The translations under genes and the position numbers were made by a program. A DNA stretch of 64,000 nucleotides from an uncultured SAR86 cluster bacterium (GTDB taxonomy: Bacteria; Pseudomonadota; Gammaproteobacteria; Magnimaribacterales; D2472): positions 7,365-71,364 of the forward strand of contig CACECK010000005.1 in NCBI GenBank assembly GCA_902557965.1, in the 5' to 3' direction. Below the pieces are notes generated by a model that was given only the letters and a program-made list of their open reading frames with translations, did not search any database and was not told the origin of the DNA. The first letter of the stretch is position 1. Every line of letters begins with the position of its first letter. This document shows, piece after piece, positions 28,834 through 38,629 of the stretch.

Positions 28834-29674
28834 TATTTTGAATTTGTTCTCTCATCTCTTCAACTAATACTTTAACCTCAAGGGCAATATTTTTTGTTTT
28901 AGGTTCATCAAGTTTTACACTTAGAGTATTGGATTCTCTGAAGAGTTCCTGAAGAATGAAGTCAATTTTTTTGCCACTAGAATTTTTATTGTTTAGTTCT
29001 TTTCTTATTGATAGCAGATGAAAGTCTATTCTTTCAAGTTCTTCAGACACATCTGCTTTCATGGCAAGATGAGTAATTTCTTGCTCCAATGAATTGGTAT
29101 CATATTTTTCTAATATATCTTTTACTCTTTTTTTATAAATCTCAATTTTCTTACTGAGATCTCTTTTGCAAAGTTTAGAAACTTTTATTTGTTTTGATTG
29201 AATTTTGTTGATCTTATTTATTAATATTTTATGAATCTTGGTGCCTTCTTCAATTCTCGATTTCAGAAAATCAGCCAGTGCTTTATTGAAAACCTTTTTT
29301 AATGTTTGGAGTTTAACGTTTGATGATTTGGTTATTTTAAGAATGCCTGGTATATCTTTTATATCTCGAAGCCTTAATTCATTTGAAAGTAACGATTCAT
29401 TTTTAATTATTTTTTTTAATTCAGTTAAAAGCTTCCTATCTATTTGAAAGCTGCCATTACTAGATGCATTTACCTTTATATAAATATCAACCTTGCCTCT
29501 CTTTAACTTTTTTGAAATAGTTTTTTTAAAATACTCTTCATCTTCACTTTTAATTTCGGGAGACTTCAGATTAACTTCAAGAAATCTATGGTTTACACTC
29601 TTTAGTTCAACAAGTATCTCAATGTCTTTGTCGATATGCCTGGACTGCCCAAAGCCTGTCATACTTCTAATCAT
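28826..29674 (-). CDS. yicC: YicC family stress-induced protein
   Basis: 282 aa with MIRSMTGFGQ, SVNHRFLE and EELERIDFHL..., and the C-terminal EVKVLVEEMREQIQNIE. Confidence 0.85.
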   Translation of the reverse strand: MIRSMTGFGQSRHIDKDIEILVELKSVNHRFLEVNLKSPEIKSEDEEYFKKTISKKLKRGKVDIYIKVNASSNGSFQIDRKLLTELKKIIKNESLLSNELRLRDIKDIPGILKITKSSNVKLQTLKKVFNKALADFLKSRIEEGTKIHKILINKINKIQSKQIKVSKLCKRDLSKKIEIYKKRVKDILEKYDTNSLEQEITHLAMKADVSEELERIDFHLLSIRKELNNKNSSGKKIDFILQELFRESNTLSVKLDEPKTKNIALEVKVLVEEMREQIQNIE

Positions 29675-29706
29675 GCTTTTATTGTATTTTGCAAAAGGCT
29701 TTTCTT

Positions 29707-30372
29707 CTAGTTATATTCTCTAAAATTAAATTCTAAGTCTTTTATTTTTTTATTCGAAATTTTTCCATTAGGATTGTCTTCAGAACAATTAAAAATCTCA
29801 TAGGATTTAAAATCAAAATCTTTTTCTATAAAAAACTTTATGATTTCTGCAGCGTTATCCCTATGTAAGTGGTTTTTTGATATTTTTTTAGAGTGAGAAT
29901 CATATAAACCTGAAAATCTTAAAATAATTAATTTATCGCTATAGAAATCTATTTGTTTTTCTTCGTATTCCTTTATTAACCTGCCTCTATAGTCAGTTGG
30001 ATGGATTGGATCAATTTCTTTGCAAGGTAATTCTGATTCTTTGTCATAAACTCTTGTTGAAGAAATTGAAATAAATTTCTTAATAGGTAATTTAACAATT
30101 ATCTTATTTAGATTTTCAGCAGAGTTTTTAAATCCAGCTTCATATCCAGATTCATCATTCGAAGAAGGTTTGGGAAAAAATATTACAACATCTATTTGTT
30201 TAAAATTTTTTTCAAATTCTTTTTTTGATGACCAATCCCATTCAATGAAATCATCTGAATTATATTTATTATTTCTTGAAACATGAAAAAAATTATATAA
30301 ATTTCTATCAAGAATATCTGTTAGGCGTTTTCCTAGATCTCCGTAGCCAATGATAAGAATATTTTTTTTCAT
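29707..30372 (-). CDS. NAD(P)-binding Rossmann-fold protein (atypical/truncated epimerase-like)
   Basis: 221 aa with an N-terminal ILIIGYGDLGKRL dinucleotide-binding motif. Function unclear. Confidence 0.4.
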   Translation of the reverse strand: MKKNILIIGYGDLGKRLTDILDRNLYNFFHVSRNNKYNSDDFIEWDWSSKKEFEKNFKQIDVVIFFPKPSSNDESGYEAGFKNSAENLNKIIVKLPIKKFISISSTRVYDKESELPCKEIDPIHPTDYRGRLIKEYEEKQIDFYSDKLIILRFSGLYDSHSKKISKNHLHRDNAAEIIKFFIEKDFDFKSYEIFNCSEDNPNGKISNKKIKDLEFNFREYN

Positions 30373-30386
30373 TATTTTATTTACTC

Positions 30387-30418
30387 AAAAAAAATCCAGG
30401 GACGCAACCCTGGATTTT
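30387..30418 (-). terminator. rho-independent terminator downstream of the membrane pyrophosphatase gene
   Basis: Stem TCCAGGG / CCCTGGA (30395-30401 / 30408-30414) extended by A:T pairs, with loop ACGCAA. On the minus strand it is followed by a run of eight U. Confidence 0.75.
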
Positions 30419-30435
30419 TAAAAATAAGAACTTGT

Positions 30436-32418
30436 TTATATGCTTAATAATGGCGCAATAACTAAACTAACAATTGCCATAACATTAATAAGAATATTCA
30501 TTGAAGGTCCAGAGGTGTCTTTAAATGGGTCGCCTACTGTATCTCCTACTACGGCAGCAGCATGAGTGTCTGAACCCTTTCCTCCCAAGTTACCTTTTTC
30601 AACATATTTCTTTGCATTATCCCAGGCGCCGCCAGCGTTAGCCATCATGAGAGCAAGTGATACACATCCAAGAAGTCCTCCTGCTAACATGCCTCCTAAA
30701 GCCTGAGCACCAAGACCAAAACCAATTATAGCTGGCATTGATACTGCTATTACTCCTGGTAACATCATTTTCTTTAAAGCTGCTTCAGTAGCAATCTCTA
30801 CACATTTTTCTGAATCAGGTTCTGCAGTGCCTTCCATTAAGCCTGATATCTCTCTGAATTGTCTTCTTATTTCATTAATCATTTCAAAAGCTGCATCGCC
30901 AACAGCAGTCATTGTGATTGAAGAAACTAAGAAAGGTATACAAACACCAACAAACATTCCAACTAAAACAATAGGTTCTGTAAGTGCTAGTGAAAATTCA
31001 GGATTTGCTACCGCTACCACTGCTGAGAAAGCTGAAATTATTGCTAATGCTGCTAAAGCTGCAGCTCCAATTGCAAAACCTTTTCCAATTGCGGCAGTAG
31101 TATTTCCTAATTCATCAAGAGAATCTGTAATTTCTCTTACTTCTTCGCCCATACCAGACATTTCAGCTATACCACCAGCATTATCCGCGACCGGTCCGTA
31201 TGCATCTATTGCCATTGTTATTCCAACAGTTGCAAGCATACCAACAGCAGCAATACCAACACCATAAATATCTGACAGTTGAGTTGAAACAAGAATAATC
31301 ACAGCCAAAATAACAATAGGTATTACTACTGATTGCATTCCAACTGATAATCCTGAAATCATTACTGTTGCAGGACCAGTTTCTCCTGATTCAGCGATTT
31401 TTCTTACTGGGCCTCCGCCTGTGTAATACTCTGTAATAAGTCCAATTAATACTCCGCCCACAGCTCCGGCGATAACACACCACCATACATTCATTCCAAC
31501 TCCGTCAAAAGAATTGATTATGAAATAGGCCATAGCCACAAATATAACTGGCGCTAAAAGAGTTCCAGATCTTAATGCACTTGCAGGTGCTTTTGCAGAC
31601 TGAAGCTTAACTATAAATATTCCAATTATTGAAGCAATCAAACCAGTTGATGCTAAAGCCAGCGGAAGCATCATCATATCTTTGTTGCCTAGGGTGTATG
31701 CAATAGCTATTGATGCAATCATAGAACCACAATACGACTCAAATATATCTGATCCCATACCAGCAACATCACCAACATTGTCACCAACGTTATCTGCTAT
31801 AACACCTGGATTTCTTGGATCGTCTTCGGGAATACCAGCTTCTATCTTGCCAACAAGATCAGCTCCGACATCCGCACTCTTTGTAAAAATTCCTCCACCT
31901 ACTCTGGAAAAAAGGGCTACAACAGATGCTCCCATCGCAAAACCTTCAAGTTTATGAGGATCGATTCCAGCTGGAATATAAAAATAATATAAACCACCTA
32001 GACCTATTAGACCTAAAGACGCAACACATAGGCCCATTATTGAACCACCATAAAATGAAACTGATAAAGCTGCTGCTGGACCATCCTTTTGTGCTGCAGT
32101 TGCTGTCCTAACATTTGCTTTAGTTGCTGCATACATGCCAATAAAACCAGCTACGGATGAACATATAGCTCCAACAATTATAGATATCGCTGTATAAGGC
32201 CCTAATGCATACCAAGCTAGCACTACTATTACCGCAATAAATATGGATAAATATTTATACTCAGTTTTCATGAAAGCGAGCGCTCCAGCATGAATCTGAT
32301 CGCCTATTTTTTTTACTTTATCTTCGCCATCAGGATATTTCATGACAAGCTTGTAAACAATAAATGCCATTACCATACCCAATATGCCAAGTGCTGGTGG
32401 AATTATTAAATTATCCAT
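30436..32418 (-). CDS. hppA: membrane-integral proton/sodium-translocating pyrophosphatase, K+-dependent-type signature
   Basis: [48 protein letters not shown] and [15 protein letters not shown]. Start trimmed to the ATG at 32418, which is preceded by GAGGGG. Confidence 0.9.
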   Translation of the reverse strand: MDNLIIPPALGILGMVMAFIVYKLVMKYPDGEDKVKKIGDQIHAGALAFMKTEYKYLSIFIAVIVVLAWYALGPYTAISIIVGAICSSVAGFIGMYAATKANVRTATAAQKDGPAAALSVSFYGGSIMGLCVASLGLIGLGGLYYFYIPAGIDPHKLEGFAMGASVVALFSRVGGGIFTKSADVGADLVGKIEAGIPEDDPRNPGVIADNVGDNVGDVAGMGSDIFESYCGSMIASIAIAYTLGNKDMMMLPLALASTGLIASIIGIFIVKLQSAKAPASALRSGTLLAPVIFVAMAYFIINSFDGVGMNVWWCVIAGAVGGVLIGLITEYYTGGGPVRKIAESGETGPATVMISGLSVGMQSVVIPIVILAVIILVSTQLSDIYGVGIAAVGMLATVGITMAIDAYGPVADNAGGIAEMSGMGEEVREITDSLDELGNTTAAIGKGFAIGAAALAALAIISAFSAVVAVANPEFSLALTEPIVLVGMFVGVCIPFLVSSITMTAVGDAAFEMINEIRRQFREISGLMEGTAEPDSEKCVEIATEAALKKMMLPGVIAVSMPAIIGFGLGAQALGGMLAGGLLGCVSLALMMANAGGAWDNAKKYVEKGNLGGKGSDTHAAAVVGDTVGDPFKDTSGPSMNILINVMAIVSLVIAPLLSI

Positions 32419-32483
32419 AAAGAACCCCTCAATTTTAATAAAGCATTCTAGCAAATTATTTTAAATAAAAGCGTATTTTTCAT

Positions 32484-33740
32484 CTATTTATTAAATATGT
32501 TTTTATCCAAGAGTCCTTCTGAATTTGCGACAACACATGCCACTGCAGCATCACCAGAAACATTTACTGAAGTTCTAATCATGTCAAGAATTCTATCAAC
32601 GGCTAAGATTAAGCCAATTGCATCTAATGGAAGTCCTAAAGAGCTCAAAATGAGAGCTAATGTAACAGTTCCAGCAGAAGGAACAGCGGCTGCTCCAATA
32701 GAAGCCACCATTGCAAGAAGAACTATCTGAGTATACTCAATCATTGATAGGTCAACGCCAACAGTACTTGCAATAAACATAGTTGCTAGACCCTGCATAA
32801 TAGCGGTACCGTCCATATTTATTGTAGCGCCGACAGGAATAACAAATGATGATACATCTTTTTTAACCCCAAGCTCATCAGTTACTGTCTTAAGAGTTAT
32901 TGGTATGGTTGCTGCACTTGATGACGTTGTAAATGCAAACAAAGCAACATTCTTCATTTTTCTATAGAAAATAATTGGATTTAAATTAGCAAATATTTTT
33001 AATACTAGCGAATAAGTAAAAAATAAATGAAACAGTAAAACAAAAATCAAAATTAGGACATATTGAATTAAATCTCCAAAGATATTTAAACCATGATCCA
33101 TTACATAACTTCCCATTAAGCAAAAAACTCCAATAGGTGCAAAGCTCATTACTATTAAGACTATCTTCATAAAAACTATGTTTAACCTTTCAAAATTTTT
33201 AGACAAATTATCAGTAAGGTTGTCAGTGAGATTTAAAGCTATGCCAAATAATATGCTTATGAAAACGATTCCCAGCATATTATTTTCAACAAAAGCCCCA
33301 AAAATATTATTAGGAAAAATTCTTAAAACAGTGTCATATAAACTTGCTTCGCCACCAGGTGCGTTAAATGACGCGACTTCACCTTCATAACCAGAAATAT
33401 TAAAAACCCATCCAAAAAATATAGCTATCATTACAGCAAAAGCGGTTGTAAATAAATAAAGTAATACTGTTTTTGAAGCTATTGACCCAAGCTTTACCAT
33501 ATTTGATAAAGAAGAAATGCCAGAAACTAAAGAAAAGAAAACTAGTGGCACTACTATTAATAAGAGTAAATTCTTAAATATCTGTCCACCAAGATTAAAT
33601 AGATATTTTTCGATAACTAAAAAAATCGATTGAGATATAAGATCTTGGAAATAAAAACAAAGTGAGGCTATGAATACGCCAGCAAACATTCCAAGTAAAA
33701 CATTTCTAGTAAGATTCTTTGGTGGATCTAATTGGCTCAT
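32484..33740 (-). CDS. dicarboxylate/amino acid:cation symporter (DAACS family)
   Basis: 418 aa with [26 protein letters not shown] and [17 protein letters not shown]. Its ATG overlaps the rubredoxin stop (ATGA). Confidence 0.85.
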   Translation of the reverse strand: MSQLDPPKNLTRNVLLGMFAGVFIASLCFYFQDLISQSIFLVIEKYLFNLGGQIFKNLLLLIVVPLVFFSLVSGISSLSNMVKLGSIASKTVLLYLFTTAFAVMIAIFFGWVFNISGYEGEVASFNAPGGEASLYDTVLRIFPNNIFGAFVENNMLGIVFISILFGIALNLTDNLTDNLSKNFERLNIVFMKIVLIVMSFAPIGVFCLMGSYVMDHGLNIFGDLIQYVLILIFVLLFHLFFTYSLVLKIFANLNPIIFYRKMKNVALFAFTTSSSAATIPITLKTVTDELGVKKDVSSFVIPVGATINMDGTAIMQGLATMFIASTVGVDLSMIEYTQIVLLAMVASIGAAAVPSAGTVTLALILSSLGLPLDAIGLILAVDRILDMIRTSVNVSGDAAVACVVANSEGLLDKNIFNK

Positions 33741-33910
33741 GTAATCTCTATCATATCAAAATCTTCTTTCCCAACACCGCATTCGGGACAGAGCCAATCT
33801 TCTGGAACATCTTCCCATGCAGTACCTGGCTCAATTCCATCTTCAGGCCAACCTATTTCTTCATCATAAATTAGTCCACAGACTATGCATTCCCATTTTT
33901 TATATTTCAT
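33737..33910 (-). CDS. rubredoxin (57 aa; below the ORF-track size cut-off)
   Basis: My own translation is [57 protein letters not shown]. It has the canonical CxxCG...WxCPxCG rubredoxin pattern. Confidence 0.88.
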   Translation of the reverse strand: MKYKKWECIVCGLIYDEEIGWPEDGIEPGTAWEDVPEDWLCPECGVGKEDFDMIEIT

Positions 33911-33980
33911 ACTATTTATGGATTATGTTATTTCCTTTAAATCAAGGAGGCTATAATATCAGATTTGAGTAGTTATATTA

Positions 33981-34466
33981 ATGAACCTAAAGCATATTTC
34001 TAAATGGATCCAGCAAGAAGAAATGGAAAAAATTCTTTTTGATAAGAAGATAAAATCTTGGCTTCTGGAACAAGGCCCGATTACAAATAGAATAAAATTG
34101 AAACATAAATTTGAGCTAAAGCTTTTAAGAGATAGTGCTGGAAAAGTTGAAATATCAGACAAATCCTTTCTTGACAATATTGACGGAGAAATAAGGATCA
34201 GAGAAGTAATACTTTTTGCTGACGAAAATCCAAAGGTTTTTGCTAGATCATTAATACCAGAAAATACCATTAAAAATGGTCTTAAAAAGCTTGGTGAATT
34301 GAATACAAAACCTCTTGGAGACATATTATTTGAAAAAAATATCTTTCAAAAAGATGAAATTGTTTTTTCTATTTTTTCAGATGATAAAAAAAAATATTGG
34401 GGAAGAAAAATTAAATACTATGTAAAGAGCCAACCCCTCTCGGTGATGGAAGTTTTCTTAATTTAA
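33981..34466 (+). CDS. ubiC: chorismate pyruvate-lyase
   Basis: 161 aa. WLLEQGPITNRI, IREVILFAD, KLGELNTKPLGDILF, WGRK and VMEVFL align with my recollection of E. coli UbiC. Directly upstream of ubiA. Confidence 0.8.
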   Translation: MNLKHISKWIQQEEMEKILFDKKIKSWLLEQGPITNRIKLKHKFELKLLRDSAGKVEISDKSFLDNIDGEIRIREVILFADENPKVFARSLIPENTIKNGLKKLGELNTKPLGDILFEKNIFQKDEIVFSIFSDDKKKYWGRKIKYYVKSQPLSVMEVFLI

Positions 34467-34467
34467 A

Positions 34468-35328
34468 ATGATTTCAAGAAATAAACTTAAATCTTATATA
34501 GAGATTGCTAGAATTGATAAGCCTATTGGTATCTATCTTCTTTTGTGGCCGTCAGTCCTGGGTTTGCTTATAGCAGGAACAATTAATGAAATTAAAATTA
34601 TAGATTTATTGATTGTTATTATTGGATCCATTTTGGTAAGGTCATGTGGCTGTGTCATAAATGATATAAGTGACTACAAAATAGATAAATTAGTTTCTAG
34701 GACTGTTGGACGACCATTAGCAACTGGAGCCTTAAGTGTTTATGAAGCATGGGGTTTCTTTTTGCTTCTTGGTCTCATGTCTTTGTCTTTACTGTTTTTT
34801 ACAAACCCTCTTACAATAAAGATAGGAATTTTCTTTGCTTTATTTATCATCGTGTATCCTTTAACAAAAAGATTTTTTAAGGCCCCGCAGTTCTTTTTAG
34901 GAGTGACATTTGGATCTGGATCATTAATATCCTATTCATTAGTTAGCTCCTCACTTTCGCTGTCAATAATAATTCTATATATAGGATTAATAGCATGGAT
35001 AATAAGTTTTGATACCTATTATGCGCTTGAAGATATTGAAGATGATAGAAGTATCGGAATAAACTCAACTGCCATACTTTGGGGTGACAATGTTATTAAA
35101 ATTGCAAGATTGCTTCACTTACTTTTTTATGTATCTATCCTTGTTATTGCCATCCTAAATTCTTTTTCATATTACTTTTTCTTTGTATTTATTGTTCTAT
35201 TTTTAATATTCATGTATCAAAAAAAACTTCTAGATAACGATAAATTTTTAGAGGCGTTTAAGATAAATAACTGGATTGGAATGCTTGCAGTATTTGGATT
35301 TACTATAGAGATAATAATTCTTAATTAA
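34468..35328 (+). CDS. ubiA: 4-hydroxybenzoate polyprenyltransferase
   Basis: 286 aa polytopic protein with the NDISDYKIDKLVSRTVGRPLATG motif and YYALEDIEDD. Confidence 0.9.
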   Translation: MISRNKLKSYIEIARIDKPIGIYLLLWPSVLGLLIAGTINEIKIIDLLIVIIGSILVRSCGCVINDISDYKIDKLVSRTVGRPLATGALSVYEAWGFFLLLGLMSLSLLFFTNPLTIKIGIFFALFIIVYPLTKRFFKAPQFFLGVTFGSGSLISYSLVSSSLSLSIIILYIGLIAWIISFDTYYALEDIEDDRSIGINSTAILWGDNVIKIARLLHLLFYVSILVIAILNSFSYYFFFVFIVLFLIFMYQKKLLDNDKFLEAFKINNWIGMLAVFGFTIEIIILN

Positions 35329-35334
35329 AAATTT

Positions 35335-36474
35335 ATGTCATCTTATTTAAAATTTGTGGAAAATTTCTCTGAAATTAATAAGGAAGGCTTTAATAGGATA
35401 TTAAGTAAGAACGATTCACCTTTTATAAAATATCCTTTTCTGAAGGCTTTGGAAGAATCTAATTCAGTGTGTGAGATAAATGGATGGAAACCATCCCATC
35501 TCATTGAATTAGAAAATAAAAAATTAAAGGGATTTATGCCTTTATATATAAAGGACAATAGTCAGGGTGAATTTGTGTTTGATCATTCTTGGTCATATGC
35601 TTTAAATAGAACTGGAAGAAAATATTATCCAAAGCTATTAACAGCAATACCCTTTACCCCATGTGAATCAAGAAAAATTATTTCTGAAGAAAAAAGCGTT
35701 GAGCTTATTGATTTTACAAAAGATTATATGGACAAAAGTGACATAGAGTCGTGGCACATTTTATATCCTGATAAAAAACTAACAAACACTTTAAATAGTA
35801 ATGGTTTTATAGAAAGGTCTGGCTATAAATTCGTATGGAACAATAAAGGCTATAAAACTTTTGAAGACTACTTAAAAGTTTTTAGATCTAGGCAAAGAAA
35901 AAATATAAAAAATGAAAGAAAGAAAATTGCTGATTATGGAATAAATTTTAAAGTCAAAGACGCTAAATCATTATGTGAGGAAGACTGGGAAACTTTTTAT
36001 AAGTTTTATAAAAATACTTATGAGCAAAGATTGCAAAGACCATACTTAAATAAGAAGTTCTTTGATCTAATTAACGCCAATAAAGAGCATCTTAAACCAG
36101 TCATTTTTTTTGCTCATATAGACAAAGAGATGATTGCTGGATCTTTATGTTATAGAGATAATGAATGTTTATACGGCAGACACTGGGGAACAAAATATGA
36201 TATTGATTCTCTTCATTTTGAATGCTGTTACTATCAAGGTATAGAATATTGTATTAAGAATAATTTAAAAAAATTTGATCCAGGCGTTCAAGGTGAACAC
36301 AAAATTAGAAGAGGCTTTGAGCCAACACAAACTAACTCATATCATTTTATACTTAAGGAAGATTTTAGGAATGCTATAGCAGACTTTTGCAATCGAGAAA
36401 AAGAGGAGATCAAAAATTATTTAGACGCGTGTAAAAGATATACTCCTTTTAATAAAGAATATAAAATCGAGTAA
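35335..36474 (+). CDS. DUF482 / FemAB-like GNAT-fold protein
   Basis: 379 aa. PFIKYPFLKALEESNSV...GWKPSHL...PLYIKDNSQGEFVFDHSW...YYPKLLTAIPFTP matches the family as I recall it. Confidence 0.75.
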   Translation: MSSYLKFVENFSEINKEGFNRILSKNDSPFIKYPFLKALEESNSVCEINGWKPSHLIELENKKLKGFMPLYIKDNSQGEFVFDHSWSYALNRTGRKYYPKLLTAIPFTPCESRKIISEEKSVELIDFTKDYMDKSDIESWHILYPDKKLTNTLNSNGFIERSGYKFVWNNKGYKTFEDYLKVFRSRQRKNIKNERKKIADYGINFKVKDAKSLCEEDWETFYKFYKNTYEQRLQRPYLNKKFFDLINANKEHLKPVIFFAHIDKEMIAGSLCYRDNECLYGRHWGTKYDIDSLHFECCYYQGIEYCIKNNLKKFDPGVQGEHKIRRGFEPTQTNSYHFILKEDFRNAIADFCNREKEEIKNYLDACKRYTPFNKEYKIE

Positions 36475-36896
36475 TGCTAAACACCTTACCAAAAACTGCT
36501 CATCAACAGACAATTTGTGAAGCTAACTTTTTAAGGCTGAAAAGAGTTCTTAGTAATTTTAAAGAAAATATATATCGCTTTAATGTAGTTAACCCAGATA
36601 GAAGTTCATTTCTTGTTACGTTCAATGTAATTCATAAAACAAAGCACACACTAATCATCGAAGCAAAGCAAAACTCTGAAGATACAAGTCTCAACAACTT
36701 TATAATAAGGATACAGGTATCAATAGATGCTAAGTTGGCTGAGGTAATTTCATATCAGGGCGAAAAAGCTTTACCTTTCTTCATTAAAGCTTCGGTGGCC
36801 CAGTCTAAGGATGAAAGATTACAGCAAAATAGATTCTTAACTGAATGGCTGGAAAGTATATTTATATCAGGTATATCTCCAAGCATAAAATTTTAA
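36474..36896 (+). CDS. DUF1249 (YqiB-like) protein
   Basis: 140 aa. CEANFLRLKRVL..., AKLAEVISYQ and DERLQQNRFLTEWL parallel E. coli YqiB, which has the same length. Confidence 0.7.
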   Translation: MLNTLPKTAHQQTICEANFLRLKRVLSNFKENIYRFNVVNPDRSSFLVTFNVIHKTKHTLIIEAKQNSEDTSLNNFIIRIQVSIDAKLAEVISYQGEKALPFFIKASVAQSKDERLQQNRFLTEWLESIFISGISPSIKF

Positions 36897-36899
36897 TAG

Positions 36900-37472
36900 A
36901 TGATTGATACGATTATATATTTTCATGGATTTGCATCATCTTCAGACTCAACAAAGGCAAAGTTAATTAGCAAATATATTTATAAGAATCATAGGAAGGT
37001 AACTATTCATACCCCAGATCTAAGCAACAATTTTGAAGAAGCGATTTTTCAAATAGAAGCTCTGATTAAAAAAAGTGACGGGGAAATTGCATTCATGGGA
37101 TCTTCATTAGGTGGTTATTATGCTTTATATTTTTCTCAAAAATTACAAACTAAAGCTATTTTAATCAATCCAGCAATTCCTCCTCTTGATGGGTTTGATA
37201 CTTATTTGGGAGAAAATAAAAATTACTCTACTGGGAAAAAATTTATATTAACTAAGAATGATATTAAGTTCATTAGATCAATATCACACAAAAAATTTAA
37301 GAATCATGACAACACATTAGTATTATTAGAATCTGGTGATGAAACTCTGAATTATTCAAAAAGTATTTCATATTTTGAAGGCTCCAGCATAGATATAGTT
37401 ATAGGAGGTGATCATTCTTATTCATCTATTAGCGATAAACTCATAAAAATTACTAATTTTTTAGAAATTTAA
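36900..37472 (+). CDS. yqiA: YqiA-family alpha/beta esterase
   Basis: 190 aa with IIYFHGFASSS, GSSLGGYYA, INPAIPP and GGDHSY. Confidence 0.78.
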   Translation: MIDTIIYFHGFASSSDSTKAKLISKYIYKNHRKVTIHTPDLSNNFEEAIFQIEALIKKSDGEIAFMGSSLGGYYALYFSQKLQTKAILINPAIPPLDGFDTYLGENKNYSTGKKFILTKNDIKFIRSISHKKFKNHDNTLVLLESGDETLNYSKSISYFEGSSIDIVIGGDHSYSSISDKLIKITNFLEI

Positions 37473-37507
37473 GTATTTGTAATAAAAAAGAGCAAAAAAC
37501 TTCCATT

Positions 37508-37568
37508 TGCACAAAAATCATGCATAATTAATACTAATCTAGTGCATATAGATAAATTTTAATTGCAC
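37508..37568. promoter_or_regulatory. cluster of TGCA(C)-type half-sites upstream of the glutamine synthetase gene (possible NtrC-like operators)
   Basis: TGCACAAAAATCATGCA (37508-37524) is a 17-bp dyad resembling the TGCACC-N5-GGTGCA class. Additional half-sites are GTGCA at 37542-37546 and TGCAC at 37564-37568. Confidence 0.3.
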
Positions 37569-37606
37569 AAAGTTTACATAAAAATTAGATAATTAGGAGA
37601 ATTTTA

Positions 37607-38575
37607 ATGAAAACATACGAATATATATGGCTTGATGGCTATAAACCAGAATCATCAATGAGAAGTAAAGTAAAAGCTACTAGAGATGAAACACCACCTG
37701 AGTGGTCATTTGATGGGTCTTCAACACAACAAGCTGAGGGAGGAAGCTCTGACTGCCTTCTTATTCCAGTTCAGACTTATGAAAATCCAAACGGACATGA
37801 CATTGTAATGACTGAAGTTCAAGCTGCAGACCACACTACTCATCCATCTAATCATCGAGCTGCTGCTGCAGAGGTTGCTTCTGATGAATGGTGGTTTGGT
37901 TTTGAACAAGAATATTTTTTAACTGATGCTCAAACTGGTGAACCGCTCGGTTGGGAAGATGGTGAACCTAGAGCTCAAGGAGAGTACTATTGTGGTGTTG
38001 GAGCTAGTAATGTTGTAGGTAGAGAAATTTCAGATGCTCATTTATTTGCTTGTATAGATCTTGGAATTGATATCACAGGTACAAATGCTGAGGTTGCTCT
38101 AGGGCAATGGGAATATCAATGTTTTGGTAAAGGTATTAAAGCAGCTGATGATCTATGGGTTAGCAGGTATCTTTTATATAAAATCGCGGAAGAATTCGGT
38201 GTGGGTGTAAATATTCATCCAAAACCAAAAACAGGAGATTGGAATGGTTCCGGAATGCATGCAAACTTTTCAAACGAAGCAATGAGAACAGCTGGTTCTG
38301 AAGAGTTATTCACAGGTATGTGTGACAAACTTGGTGAGGTCCATCAAGAAGGTATAGCATCTTACGGATCAGATAACGACATGAGATTAACAGGTCTTCA
38401 CGAAACACAAAGTATTGAAAAATTTTCATACGGCGTTAGTGATAGAGGTGCTAGCATAAGGATTCCTGTCTACACTGTTGAGCATAACTGGAATGGTTAT
38501 CTTGAAGACAGAAGACCAGCCTCAAACGCAGATCCATATAGAATAGTTCAACATATAGTAGGAACTCTTTCTTAA
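37607..38575 (+). CDS. glnII: type II (eukaryote-like) glutamine synthetase
   Basis: 322 aa with YIWLDGY, FDGSSTQQAEGGSSDC, WFGFEQEYF, NAEVALGQWEYQCFGKG, GDWNGSGMHANFS, DRGASIRIP and YLEDRRPASNADPY. AGGAG SD with 7 nt between it and the ATG. Confidence 0.88.
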   Translation: MKTYEYIWLDGYKPESSMRSKVKATRDETPPEWSFDGSSTQQAEGGSSDCLLIPVQTYENPNGHDIVMTEVQAADHTTHPSNHRAAAAEVASDEWWFGFEQEYFLTDAQTGEPLGWEDGEPRAQGEYYCGVGASNVVGREISDAHLFACIDLGIDITGTNAEVALGQWEYQCFGKGIKAADDLWVSRYLLYKIAEEFGVGVNIHPKPKTGDWNGSGMHANFSNEAMRTAGSEELFTGMCDKLGEVHQEGIASYGSDNDMRLTGLHETQSIEKFSYGVSDRGASIRIPVYTVEHNWNGYLEDRRPASNADPYRIVQHIVGTLS

Positions 38576-38593
38576 TTATTTTGTTAGTTATGT

Positions 38594-38619
38594 TGCCTTG
38601 TTTGTAAATAAACAAGGCA
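38594..38619 (+). terminator. perfect 10-bp hairpin between GS and ntrB (attenuating or processing element; no U-tract)
   Basis: TGCCTTGTTT-GTAAAT-AAACAAGGCA, followed by CATACTTCG rather than a T-run. Confidence 0.4.
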
Positions 38620-38629
38620 CATACTTCGT

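Noticed and set aside
33207-33233. A 12-nt imperfect tandem duplication inside the DAACS transporter, encoding LTDN-LTDN.
   Set aside because: It is a single in-frame duplication in a loop region and too small to carry meaning without comparative data.
37473-37606. The expected sigma54 (-24 GG / -12 GC) glnAp2-type promoter upstream of the GS gene.
   Set aside because: The spacer contains no GG other than in the Shine-Dalgarno sequence, so the element cannot be present. Only the TGCA dyads were reported.
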